Source: Lytechinus pictus (taxonomy: Eukaryota). Taken from it: 64,000 nt of DNA. The notes under the pieces are model-generated. The model was given only the letters and a program-made list of their open reading frames with translations, did no database searches and was not told the DNA's origin. The position numbers and the translations under genes are program-made. Shown one piece after another: positions 12,986-26,140 of the stretch; position 1 is the stretch's first letter; each line of letters begins with the position of its first letter. Location of the stretch: assembly GCF_037042905.1 (NCBI RefSeq), contig NC_087246.1:66030001-66094000 (forward strand), read 5' to 3'.

Positions 12986-15900
12986 AACATCTACTACTGC
13001 ACTTCGCTAAAAATGCCCGGATCATCAATAATTCAACAATACAACGCTTAAACTGATGAGAGGGTGAAAGATCATAGGAATCAACATTGATATTTTTACC
13101 ATAACGCAACTGTAGCTATAAAGTGCACAATAAAAAATTCAAGTTTAGTCCATCTAACATAATTATATTTCAACTGCAAGACATCTGAAAGCCAAGGGGA
13201 AGCGTTTGAACGATTTGTAGGCTTAAGATAAATTTTCCCCAAAGCTCGAGCCCAAATTCATGCTTGGTAAATATTTCACCGTATTTAGATATTTGATCTC
13301 ATGATGGCTAACTTTTAATGCAATGATTTAAACCGAAAAAAACATTCAAGAGGGAGGTTTAGTAGAGCCGAATGTGTTAGCTTCCTGTCAATCATTCTCA
13401 TAATTCTCCTGATTATTCAATTCTAAACCTTTGAAGCAATTCACTATAGACTACAACATAACAAAGAAAGGCACAGGAAGGGGATCTGGATATACCTATT
13501 GTAGACTGACATGCTAAAGCTATAGAAAAATATACCGTGGTGCTCAAAAGTTAGTGAACCCTACCAGAAAATGAAGATATTTAGAGTGTTCAAGTTCTGC
13601 CATGCTTTATATATTTGATTGTGAAGTCAGGTGATAAATATGACCATTAAAGTTTGTTTCTCTGGCCTCGTCGAACAATGTTGTCTACATTCAACACTCG
13701 GAATGAAGGAGTGAATTTGTGGTGGGGTTCACTAACTTTTTTTTAATCACGATTGTACCTTTCAATCCGCAGTAGCTCCATGGTATTATATTATGCTTAT
13801 AATTATGCAGGTAATGAGTCCAAATCTTTGAGGGTTTCATGGTTTCAGGCGTACAGGGAAAATTTTCTTAATAGTCGCGGGAATAGGAAACAAGTCGATA
13901 TTTGTCGAGATGCGATAAGAAAAAATGCGATAAAAATGTGTAATAAACGTGAAGTGCCTATAAAGAAATGCAATGTATACAAGAAACAAAGATGAATGAT
14001 ATTAATGTTGTCATGAATATATCATCCCGATACAGGCTCGCTTAAAGGGCGAGAAGGGAGACTATATAATGAGACCTCAACTAAATGGAAAACCGTATTT
14101 TGCATCGTGTAATGATAAAACTCATATAACTTGTTATACCTGGTGAATAAAATATTAATCTATCAATCAAAATCTTTCTACTGGGAGTAGGATGGATGGT
14201 TCATTGATACTACACCATACCTCTTTCAATAGGTATTGAAATATTTCATGTACCTCGATATATTTTGACATTCTTAAACGATGATTCATATCCATTCAAA
14301 TGTGAAGAGAAAAAATTGTCACCCCCCAAAAAAATACATATATATATATATTCACTAGCAAAAAGAGCCTCTTCTGACTGTTATCATCATTGTTATATTG
14401 TTAAGATCATCAGAAATCATAATCATATAATCATAACCATAATCTTATTTATTATCAGCATTACATATCATGATCATGATGATGATCATCATCATTATCG
14501 TCATCGTCATTATCATCATCATTATCATCATCACTAACGACTACACCATAATCATCAGTATTATTACCATGAGAGTTGAGAAAGAAAATTCATTATTTCC
14601 TACCATCCGTTGTAAGCCCATAACCCCGACAGAAGCCCAGTTGGTAGGAGAGCCGGATCGTATGAGGCCAAGCTGAAAGGCTCCCGAAAATTTGAAGTAT
14701 AACCTGTATTACAAAAATGGAGTAAACACCAATACACAAACGGTTACGTGTGAAAATAATTCAATTTTGAACAAGTGCTAATTATTCAGAAAATAATGTA
14801 TGATTTCCCGTCAATTATTATAGAATATACTATAGAGATGTCTCATCCAGAACCTTTTGATATAATTGTTTTGTAAACGAATGCACCTATTAACTTGCGC
14901 CAAGTATAAGCTGTCATACATCGGGAATATGAAGAGGCCCCCATTGACATTCTATTCCAATGTTGTATTTTATGACGAAATTTATGGTTTATGAAAATCT
15001 CTGAAAACTAGTTAAATGAAATCATGTAAAAGCAATCGATGCTAATAACGATAATATTGAAAGATAATATCGAGCTTTACTCTGCGATGCAGACTGAAAG
15101 GGTCCATAGGTAAAATAACTGGAATAGCGATGCCGGGATTGGGGAAGGGGTGGGGTTTGGGGAAACTGGACCCCCTACTTTCAATGACTAAGAACCAAGG
15201 AAAAGGGAGAAAGGGAAGAGACGCCAATGAGAAGGGAGCAAAAAAACCCACGATATTATTTTGTGGTTATAATTTCAAAAATCTATCACAAGTTAGGTTT
15301 TCATTCTAAATATGCCAAAATTTTTGCTAGCTTGATTTAAAAAAAAGAAATTTGCCCCTCAAAATCTTTGGCTTCTTACGCGACTGTGAAAACAATCCCA
15401 TTAGTTCTTTATGTACAAGAATTCAATTGCCGTATTATGATTGACGTTACATCGAGTTGGAAATCCAGGCCAAATCCGTGGCTAATTGAAAAAGTTTCGT
15501 TTGCGGTGGGGGAAAAAAGTATTCAGCTATCGGACATGATCGATTGCCAGCTCAAACGAAACTTCTTTCATTTTGGGATATGATTGTATTCACGTCGAGT
15601 GAGAATCGGAAATATCCATCTTGTAATGAAATACTGGTACAATTTTGAGACATACTCTCAAACACCGTCCCAATTGCCAGTGGGGAGTAGGGAGAATGGT
15701 CAATTGTTACATCAGAGAAAGCTTCCCACAATAGCTATTGAAACTTGGCGCACCTCGACTAAAGAAAAATATTTTCCTAACTGTTAATAGCATACCTGGT
15801 ATGAAATATCTTTTTTTCTTCAAGTCGTTCGTCAGTGTATACAGACTGATTTTATCTATACGTTGACTGACGATTATATATATAACCCTTTTCAACTAGG

Positions 15901-18417
15901 ACAACGTGCAAAGTATGTTTTCTTTTCCGCCGCATTCCGGCGTAATAATTCAGACTGTGATAAGTGGCTTTCCTATTAAGAAAATAATTTAGATATGTAC
16001 CTTTTGACAGGTTGTACATCCCGGTTACAATAATGATGGCGAGTCCAACTACCTTTGTTACACTTAGGGTGCGTTTATCCGCCACTTTTTTACCCTATAA
16101 TCATGATTCCAATCATGATTCAAATCACGATTCTGCAGAATCACGATTGCGTTTAGTCGAAATTGAATATAATCATGATTAGAATCACAAACATGAACTA
16201 CGAAAAAAAGGGCGTTTGGAAAGACGTTTCTGCAGAATCACGTACGAAAATGTTCGGATAAACGATATCGTGATTTGAATCATGATTATATGACGTCATT
16301 GTGTCGAGCTATTTCCGGTTCTTGCCAAGGCGCGCGCCCCACGTTGTCACATCACATGTACGTCGCCGACCTCCAATTAAGTGTCCAACGTTGACCTATA
16401 CTTCCTGGGTCAAACTGCGCACTGTGATGCGCACTGGATCGGTCCGAATCCGAGGAGAAACAGCGTTGGAACGAAGGTCGTCTAAACCCTGATTCTGTAG
16501 TAATTGTGATTCATGTTTGTGATTTGAATCATGATTCCAATCATGATTCAAATCACGATTCTGGCTTGAGGTCGGATAAACGCAGCCATAGTACCCCAGC
16601 CAGTCTGGATGCTAAACGAGCACTGATACCATTCACTGCCAGAACAAAGACTGAAACAAAACAAAAATATTCTGGATCTTTTGCTTATTTCAACGATGAA
16701 AAGTTAACATATCATTTAATATAGCATTATGTTATATCATACGTTTCATGATATGACATTTCCAACTCATATATAACCTTCTGTCTTTTCAAAAATAAAA
16801 CTGATCAGAAGTCCTTGCTTCTCATGCATGCGTAGAGACCCTCACAGTTCATATGTTTTGAAGATAAGTAAAATCCCAAAACAATCTTAACAAAACACTC
16901 TTAAAATTAAATCCTGCAGCCCTACATTGGGTCATAGACATTTATAAAACTTAGATCTACTATTCCTCCGGATCGAAGTTTGAAGCTATAGTTATCAGCA
17001 TTAGCAAAAATTATCAGCATAAGATATCAGCATTATCATTGACATGACACCCAGTCGGTTTAGAGACAGTTCCGTTGGAGTGGCTGTGGTAGCAGTTTTC
17101 GCAACAACTACACAGACGCTTTCTGGAACGTAGATAATCTATTGTCAAATACCCTTCGTGACAATAAAGTCATTGTCGACGGTCAGTGAACCTAAACAGC
17201 AGGTTTGTCTGTGACTCTGGATAAACGACATATTTGCGATTATTCGTCAGCTCTGAAATATCGGACAAAACTGACTCACTGACCCTCGACAAAGGCTCCG
17301 TTGTAATTGACTTGCATTTTCAATGTATTTTCTGCGTTATATGAGTCATTCCGCATAGTTGAGCGAAAACTAGCTATTGTCTTGGATTCAAGGGAACAAT
17401 ACCAAACTTGTAGACCTACAGGGACGGAAGATTCGTATTGATAGTAATTATTCTATCGCAGGGCAATTTGATTCTTAAAGAAGATTTGGGACGTGCACGG
17501 TTTAGCTAACTCACGGAGGAAGAGCACGCTAAGGAATTTCAAAGACACGACGGGCACTTCCTCGCACTGGAAAAAGGGCGTCAGCAGGTAGTTTGAGATG
17601 GTGGAGATTGCAACAGCTGCTCCACACGGCATGATGACGGTTTCGAGGGCCCAGAGCCTGATAAAAGCCACCAGGGGTCCCCAGGCCTGGAGGATGAAGG
17701 TGAAGTCCCCACCAGACTTCTTCATGATGACAGCTAGTTCGGCCATTGTGAGGGCGCCACACGTCTGAATGATGGCGCATGCTATCCATAGGATGAATGA
17801 AAGGCCTACGGATCCTCCAGCACCACGAAGGACACCGGTCGGAGAAATGAAGATCCCCGTCCCAACCACAAGACCAACCTGTTTTAACAATATAATGATC
17901 GTTCAAAATATGCGGCTACCTCTTATTATGATTTACAACAACGAATCATATTAATCCATGAACACAGACTATATCCCTAAAGATTAAATAATAATTAATA
18001 AATGTAAAAATTAACCCCAAATTGTCTTCAGATTTGACATTAGAGTATGAAGACAAACAGAGTATCTATTATTTCACATGAATGTGAGATTGTTTTCTGT
18101 TCTATATAGATATCAAGTTTGTTGCTTCTTCAACAGGTGGCTGTATCCTTGAGGGGAATTAAACAATAAAACAAACATTCCTCAAAATCATTCTTCCAAC
18201 ACCTTATGTTTGAAAGTAAAACCCTACAGGTTACTGCTGCCAGTCACAACCAAAATATCCTGTTCTTAACTTTATCAATTTTTTTCATTCATCTAGTTAG
18301 ATGATCAACTATCTACTACTCACAAAATGACAGATGCAACCAAAAATTCCAAGGTGTCGAGGTATGGCGACTTTGTCCTTGCATTCATCTTTGCTATCTC
18401 CGGCATCTTTATCATTA
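6065..18417 (-). CDS. SLC7 family L-type amino acid transporter light chain (paralogue A); one coding exon interrupted by a MITE (possible null allele/pseudogene)
   Basis: Exons in transcript order, all GT-AG and phase-consistent: 18417-18324, 17878-17515, 16650-16001 (split by MITE 16067-16587), 14703-14604, 11730-11686, 10342-10219, 9286-9180, 7458-7215, 7038-6861, 6129-6065 (stop TGA). Motifs: [25 protein letters not shown] (heavy-chain disulfide Cys), TM5 Lys (SVTK), [40 protein letters not shown]; ends QEKRTF. Most exon lengths equal those of paralogue B. Confidence 0.9.
8799..9068. mobile_element. MITE with GGGACGCACCATTA terminal inverted repeats
   Basis: gggacgcaccattaaatatcca ... 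gggtatctaatagtgcgtgccc; second copy at 56852-57110. Confidence 0.75.
9940..10138. mobile_element. Small foldback MITE
   Basis: Imperfect inverted arms (cttaaaacaaa..gactag..agtcagctgggtgcaactg / cagttgtacccgctgacc..ctagtc..tttgtttaag). Confidence 0.55.
10638..11199. mobile_element. Kolobok/T2-type MITE
   Basis: TTAA flanks (10634-10637, 11200-11203); TIRs AGGtCAAGTgCACCCCA..AAAA / TTTTGTTGGGGTGGACTTGTCCT. Confidence 0.8.
11985..12997. repeat. Minisatellite of ~16-19 bp CTACTACCGT(G/A)ACTAA units grading into (CTA)n
   Basis: Directly visible tandem array in an intron of paralogue A. Confidence 0.95.
13535..13755. mobile_element. Tc1/mariner-type MITE
   Basis: TA flanks; degenerate TIRs cgtggtgctcaaaagttagtgaacc / ggttcactaacttttttttaatcacg. 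Confidence 0.6.
14440..14535. repeat. (CAT)n microsatellite
   Basis: Direct observation. Confidence 0.85.
16067..16587. mobile_element. PIF/Harbinger-type MITE inserted in a coding exon of SLC7 paralogue A
   Basis: TIRs GGGTGCGTTTATCCG / CGGATAAACGCAGCC; 3-bp flanks TTA (16064-66) and ATA (16588-90); internal AATCATGATT palindromes. Removing the element plus one TSD restores a 126-nt exon, the same length as paralogue B's. Confidence 0.9.
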
Positions 18418-18774
18418 CTGGCAAGAATGTTCATAGAAAAACAATACACATCAAACACCTTTAATAACGGTCATAAGGATTTGATATTATCATTATTCAA
18501 TGAAGCATTTGAAGACTTGAGGAGTTCATGATATTAAGACATAATTATACACGCACACGTTCACAGAATTCAATGTTAGTGGTTTCCATGGCAATGAGTG
18601 TATAGACCTATGTCATTCTGATTAGTTTCACCAAGTTTTGACTTTAGATTTCATCTTCAAACAGCCATTTCAAAGAAGCTACCGTCCGGATTCACCACTT
18701 ATTCTACAGCCAGTCGGTGTATTGATACATCATTCGGCCTAATATGCCAAATGACAAATATATCAAGTTGTTAT

Positions 18775-19110
18775 TAGACTAAATGGATGTAGACTAATGA
18801 TGATAGACCGACTGAGGTTAAACAAACCGACAATGGACCTAAATTATGTGTACACCGTATTGGTAATAAAATAAATTGGTTTTATTGATAGACGAAATGG
18901 CAATTAGACCAAATAATGATGGACCAAATCGGTATTAGACCAAATGGCCCTAAGACGAATCGACTATAGACCAAATAGAGATCAAACCAAATAACACTGA
19001 GACCAAGTAATAATTGGACGAAATGATGACTAGACCAACTGATTATTATATTAACTGATATTAGACCACACGATGTTAGACCAATTATTGTAATAAACAC
19101 GTTAGACTGA
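18775..19110. repeat. Degenerate array of short TAGACC-containing units (probable MITE subterminal region)
   Basis: Many tagacc/tagact motifs at ~17-20 bp spacing. Confidence 0.55.
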
Positions 19111-21088
19111 TGATGATAAACCTTTCCAGACGATAGCCTTTTTGAAATGGTTGTTTGAGGTTAAATATTGATTCAAATTTCGTTGAAAGTATTCAGAATG
19201 GTGTATTTTAAAAAAAGGTCCCAACGCAGCCTTTTGGCAAAACGGGGGGGGGGGGGGGTTGAACGAAAGGTGGAGTTCCCGATTAAACGCTACGTCCCAC
19301 TCTTTCTGTACAAGCCGTCATCATAGCTGCAATACTTTATTGTGTTTATAAAGGCTAATCAAAATTATAACTGTCAAAGATTCCATCGTACGGGCATGAC
19401 ATCACATCAGCTCGCTCACTACATTTTCATAACAATAGGCATCTAACTTTCCCAATGGACAGTTCGAAGCTTAAAATTTCAATAACAAAATTTGATGGAA
19501 TTTCAAGTACCGGCTTTATCAAGTGTTATTTCAATTATGAAAATAAAATGTTATTCAGTTATATGGAATTAAATGAATCTAAATGAAGGGTTTAGAAAAA
19601 TAGAAAGATAAATAAAGTTCAACAAAAGAGAATATGACGTGATAAAAAATAACACAGAAACATGTTAACTGAATTTCGACGATTAACGTGCAAATGTATG
19701 CTTCTGTAAATGAAATTGAAAATGATAGTTAGGACGAAATCGAACGATTTTCCTTTGGTGCTAAGTATTGAATGACAAGTTTGAATGAATTTCTCTCTAA
19801 ATTGAATTTCAAAAAAAAAATAAAGGAATGATATGAAACGGAACTGGATACTAAAAAGATGAAAATGAACCGTGGGTGCAGAGAGTTGCCAAAAATCGTC
19901 CGAATTTATGCATTAAGTTAAATGAAACTGTGGTGATATTGTACGGGCACCTTTACCACTTATGGTTTGGTTATAAATCATTATTCTTAATTATAGTGGG
20001 GGTTTTCTTTGTCAGAGCACCCCAGTAACAATAAAAAGTCCTCTGTGGCCAGGTCAATGAATGATGATTATACATGGCAGCTTTTGCATGAATTGACAAT
20101 ACAGAGTCCGCGTTTCAGAATATTTGACCAGCCACTCAAAAACCAACAATAAGTCGCCCAAAATGAATTTTAAATTTTAATATAGTTTGAAAAAACACAG
20201 CCATAGCTTTAAAATGACATATATAGTTTGTCTAAATTGATCAACAATAACCACTTAAATACTTGATTGAATGCAGAAGAAACAAAGCATGAGTTTCAGA
20301 GAGAAAACAACTTGTGAAGATTGTGTTACTCAATAATGAGATGTGCGCACTGTGCAATTTCAATTAAATTTTCAAGCAGTCCACAAAAACTTGTGTCAAA
20401 CAAACTCTTGTATCTTGTCTTCTAAGTGAGTTTACAATTCGAAATTTTTACAGCATAAAGAAGAATAAATACTCCTTTGGATAAGATAATTTTAATTTAT
20501 GGCTTTTGAAGACCAATTTACTATTTTGACTATTACAGAGAACCTTCCCTGGCGACTTATTGGTGGAATAAGATATAGACATTTTAAAATAGGGATTGGC
20601 AAAATGAGCATACTTTTGGCTTATATGTTTCCGACCGAGAAAAATGGTCCAAATCAACCAAATTATTGGTTGAAATATACTAGGAATTTGGTTGATTTTG
20701 ACCAATGTATCTGTCGTATCAACTAAGAGAATGGTCGTTTTGACCACTCGGCGTGTAGGCCTACGTGTCGACATCCGCACATACAGGCGCGCCGGAACAC
20801 TTTCAGTTTTTGGGGGGCAAAATCCCGAAGGGGGCACAATATTTTTGACAGCGTGAGATACCGAAGCGATCGAGCGGGAGAGGGTGTGGGACCCCCCACG
20901 GTAAGGACTTTGTGTAAAAATGGAGTATAAAAGTTGCGTTTCTAAGAGCATTCAAAAATAAATTTCTTGAGAATTATACATAGAATTTACTACGAAAGAC
21001 TATACTCATAATTTATGAGAACCTATGAAATCTACGCGCAAAACGATCGCTTCGGAATGTGGTTTTCATGTCTGATCAATTAACTTAC

Positions 21089-21135
21089 GTATTACGCTTA
21101 TATTGACTCAAAATACCAGAAATTACATTTTTCAT
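21089..21135 (-). CDS. Candidate first coding exon of SLC7 paralogue A
   Basis: ATG at 21135-21133, open for MKNVISGILSQYKRN(T), ending AC|gtaagt in phase 2, the phase required by the 18417 acceptor. No homology support, so tentative. Confidence 0.3.
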
Positions 21136-23188
21136 GCAATATCCTTTCAGAAACATTTATTTATGTACATTTACATACACGGACGACGCGAGAGAGCACA
21201 ATCATCATAAGTTTCAAGTAATTCTTATCAGAACAAGGAGTAAGCAGAAGAAGCGTAACAACAGAAACAAAAGAAATTATAATGAATGTCTTTTCAAATT
21301 CAAAATGTCATACTGTTCTGACGTGGCAGACGTCGATAAGCACTTAAATCCCCATTCTATGCAAATCATTTCTGACATCAGCATTGGAGATAGTCCCTGA
21401 TTATCCATGCATGGGCAATACGTTTCATATTTTGTAACTTGAGGAAAAAGAAATATGACAAGCTTAATTGTCTAACAATTTAAAACTTTTCTGAAAATCA
21501 TTAAAGTTTAAAACATTACTCGATTTATGTGTTTCCTTTTGCATGTTTTGTATGGCTGGGAAGCACTTTTGGATGACTCCTTAAAAATCTTCTTTTTTCT
21601 TTACATATTTTTTGGGGAAAATGTGACCATAACTAGTTTTGTTTCCTCCCTATTGACCCACACTGGTGTTTCTTCATGACCAGGGTCGCAGTTCCAGCAA
21701 ATGACGAGCCTGGCAAACGAAATTGTTTCAAACCAAAGTAATATAGGCCTTTTAAAGACTTTGAGATGGCAAACATGATCGTACGCAGCCGGGGGCCGCC
21801 GATCGAGAGAGCAAAAATTCACAAAATTCACCAAAAGTGTGCACGAAATCCTTTAATTTTATTCTAGAAAATGCAAAAGCTCCCCCATCACAAACCCCTC
21901 GCTCTTAAGTATCTTCGAAAATTTAGGTCTTGCAGCCCCACCCACCCCCGGATTTTTTTAGATTTTTGCATACATCCATGAATAACGAAAGCTGGGATAA
22001 ACCAGAGAACATAGCTGCCTCTCGATCTGATTAGTAACAGGTAATGGGAAGGAGTCTTGGAATCTAAAATACAAAAGTGCTATATCATATGAGCTGAAAT
22101 AGTATCAGACAAAACGCCTGCCAATCATGCCAATGAAAAGGAATCGAGGAAAATACGGGGCTATGAAAATAGTAGAGCAGTACTGTAACGCTTATTTTTC
22201 TTTTATATTCTTTATTTACATTTTTATTCATATCTCGGATAATATGATTCGGATCAAGGAAACACTTTCACAGATGATTTTATTAAACATTATCTCTAAG
22301 TTGCTTTCGAGTGGGATTCACCATTTTCACAAATTATAAATTATAATCCTCTACACATAATTATTCTGTGTGTAATTTTCTGATAACATGTCTATATTGA
22401 GTTGAAATGACCTTGGTATTTTCTTTAGGGCACTGACTTGTTATCATTGTATTAACTCAATTTATATTTAGTTGAAATGAAATAATTGAAATAAGTTTTC
22501 ATAATTTAAATCTATATCTTTATTAATCTATACTTACCATTTCAGGGATGACTTACATAGGCAACAAGTATATGAGATATTGACGACCTCGAGATGTTAT
22601 GCATGGTTTCTGGGCTTGACAGCTATGACATAGATTCCATAATAGTTGCTCGAGTAAACGCGCGTTAGTGATATCGGGTCCGGTCTGAGCGTTTCTGGGC
22701 GACCGCGCGTTTGTTAGCCGACACAGCCAGCATATGCATTGGTGTACAGCTTTCAATTTGCCATTCGGTTTTAGTCTGAAATGTATTCATTAAAAGGTTA
22801 AACGTTATCACGATGTAATAAGATGGAAAAGGGGCTAATTAAAGGTATGTTTCACAGAGGGACATGTTCGTCAAAAGACGCGAGGCTTAGTACTATTATG
22901 TCAGGGGCGAAATGTTTTTATTTTGACAATGGAAATGACAATTTTTAGGCAGAAAAGTGCCTTCATCGTTTACTTTTGTCCTTAAATAATTTATCAGTTT
23001 TCTTCTTTTGGGGGGCACATTGGGGGGGGGGGGCAAAATCTCGTTTTGCCCCCCCAAATTTTTATTTGGGGGGGCAAGTGCGCCCCTGCCCCCCGCTTCC
23101 GGCGCCCTTGCGCACATACACCCTATCACCATGGAGCTACTCCGTTAGTAGCTCCATGTAATCAAGGAGCTTCCAAGCTCCTTGATGG

Positions 23189-23225
<37 letters not shown>

Positions 23226-23809
23226 CGAAAATAAATGTATGAATTAATAAATACATCGAACGAACATTCATTTTTTCCCTGATATTTGCCTTGCCCCAAA
23301 TCTGAAGAATGGATCGACGCCAAAGAAAAACAACGATTTGTCCGGGAAAAGCTAAGGCGTTTAGGTAAGACGAATGTTAAGGTAAGACGAATGAATAGAT
23401 ATCAGTCATTTTAAGTTAGAATTAAAGCAAAATTTGAAAAATAAATAAATCGAATTAACGAGCCCATTTCTCCATAGTGTAAATTGCTTGGTTTTGAGCC
23501 ACGTGAAACTGATCTTGATGCTGAAACAGAGATTGAACATGGTAGTTTTCTTTATATTTTAATAAGGGCATTAAATGAGGCACTTACCGGTATTCCATAT
23601 CGAGAGTAATATGCTGCTGATGTTCGTGATGTTATTGGAATGTCGTTGTCACAATCCGAAAACACTGCGAATGGTCAGGAAAAATCAGCTCGATTCCGTA
23701 CGTTACACTTTATTCGTGATCGAATGTTAGGCTTCGGTGACTTCAGTGATCATTCAGTTCACGATGAGTAATTCGAGGGTCATGAGGGTAAAAAAAAAAC
23801 ATGTGTTTT

Positions 23810-26140
23810 GTTTCAGTCTCGTGCCACACTGATTGATAACATTTTCACTAATGATATGGAATTGGATTGTAAAGAGTGGTATATTGATTGCAAATATATT
23901 ATCGGACCATCTACCTATCTTTACCCTCACACAAAGAGATGCTAAATCGTGCAAATATTCATGTGACCCTATTCGTTATGATATGTCTGAAAAAAGCTAT
24001 TTCGAGTTTCGGAATCACTTAAGTAAATTATCCTGGGAGAGAATCTTAGACAGTGTAACGGCAATAAATTGCATATGACAGGTTTATGACTATATTGAAT
24101 AATAATCTTTAACATCTCTTTTCCAATTGTTAAAAAAATCTATAAACATAAAAGGAAGCCCTGGCTTACGTCTGGCATATTAAAATTATGCAAGAAAAAG
24201 CTATATTGTATAAAAAGTTTTTGAAGAATCCATCGGAAATTAAACACACAAATTATAAAAGATATCGAAATATTCTTACAAAAACAATTCGAATTGCGAA
24301 ACAAGACTACTATACCAAGAAAGTTTATGATAATAAAAAAGATAGTAGAAAGTTGTGGTGTGTAAATAACGAAGTCTTAGGAAGAACAAAAAAGAAAACC
24401 GCGTCTCTAAACTTCAATACAAATGATGGTTGTGTTTTTGATGATCATACTGTAATAGCAAATAGATTTAACCAATACTCTGTAAATATTGGAACTGAAT
24501 CTACTGATTCATCAAATATCAATATTTCTCATTGCTTGAGTTACTTGAAAGATCATGTTTCTCAATCTATGTATTTTAAAACCGGTAGAAGAATATACGA
24601 TTTTAGAGGTTGTACATGAGTTAAATCAGAGGAAAAGTCCTGGTTATGATAATATTATGACCATGATTGTAAAAAAATAGACTTATTAATGTTACCACTT
24701 TATTTTATTTTAAACTTGTCATTTGTATCTGGTGTAGTACCAAAAGGACCATGAATATCATTTTGTAAATTACCGCCCAGTTTCAGTGTTACCTGTATAA
24801 AAAAAATCTTTAACGTCTATTTTATAAACGTTTGCTTTCATTTTTAGAAAAAATTACATTTTATAAAATTTTCAATAATTATTCATTTAGATCCGGCCAT
24901 TCAACCAGATTAGCAGTCACCGACTTCTTAGATCAATTGGTCATGGCACTTGGTAATAAGAAACATATATTAAACAAGTCATAATTTTATGGAATTCGAG
25001 GGATAGTGTTTGACTGGATTAAAGATTACTTGAATAACAGAAGACAGTTTGTAAATCATAATGGTGTTCACTCCAGTGAACTTCAAATTTCATGTGGAAT
25101 TCCGCAAGGTTGGATTCTCTGGCCCCTATTTTTCTAATATACATTAATGATCTTCCTAATGTCTCTGAAATACTGTCTTATATAATATTTGCAGATACAA
25201 TTTTTTTTCAGTGATCCAGATTTAATGTCACTAATGCATGAGATGAACATAGAAATCAGTAAGTTTGTTTTATTAGTTTAAGGTTAATGGTTTACGGGTT
25301 AAACTAGATAAAACAAAATGTATGCATTTGACCACTCCAAATAAAAAATATGATAGTAATTTATTGAATATGAATATAACAAATTCTGCTATATGTAATA
25401 GTATTACTAGGATTGCATACAGATTTTAGGTCTAATCGTTGATGAAAAACTAACGTGGTCAAACCATGTATATGCTCTAAGATTGCTAGAGTCATTGGCA
25501 CTATGAGCAGAGTGAAAATTTGATACCCCTAAAGTGCATTGTTTATTGCCACACTTGTCATATGGTAACATAATTTGAGCAAGCTTGTTCAATTTATCTG
25601 GTAAGTAGAATATTTTAATTACAGAAGCGTGCCATGAGAGTCATTGACAAGGTTCCTCATAGAGCACATACTTTTTTTTTCTAAAATATAATGTATTGAC
25701 AATTTATCAACTAGGTGACCTGGAACTTGCAGAATTTATGTATAAATATAGCAAAAGTCAATTACAACAACAATTTTCTAATTGGTACACCGTAAATGAT
25801 CCCATCCATAATTATGATACCAGGAACTCAAAGATGTATCATAGTATTTATTTCAAAACAACCCTAGGGCAAAAGAGTGTTAGATACAGAGGTCAAGTCC
25901 TCTGGAATGGTTTAGATGATATTCTTTAAAAAATTTAATAGAAATTTGATATCATGGTTATTTAGGAGATAACTCAGACAAGCGTATTTTGCTTTTGTTA
26001 TCCCCTTTTATTTACTTGTATATTTTCTTTGTATTTTTCCTCTTTTTTTTTCTTTGTATTCATTTTTAAATGGATGTGTTACCTTTGTATTTGCACTTGT
26101 AAGCTTTTTTTACAAGTACTGGAAAATAAATTGAATTGAA
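23810..26140 (+). mobile_element. Decayed CR1/L2-clade LINE ORF2 (endonuclease end plus reverse transcriptase)
   Basis: SDHLPIF endonuclease C-terminal motif; KPWLT; YKRYRNILTKTIRIAKQDYY; KSPGYD; YRPVSVLP; GIPQG; HNYDTRNS; (ttgaa) tail at ~26128-26140; many stops and frameshifts. Confidence 0.88.

Noticed and set aside
17040-17440. Possible second hammerhead or Penelope LTR fragment in an intron
   Set aside because: No intact CUGANGA/GAAA core with paired stems could be assembled.
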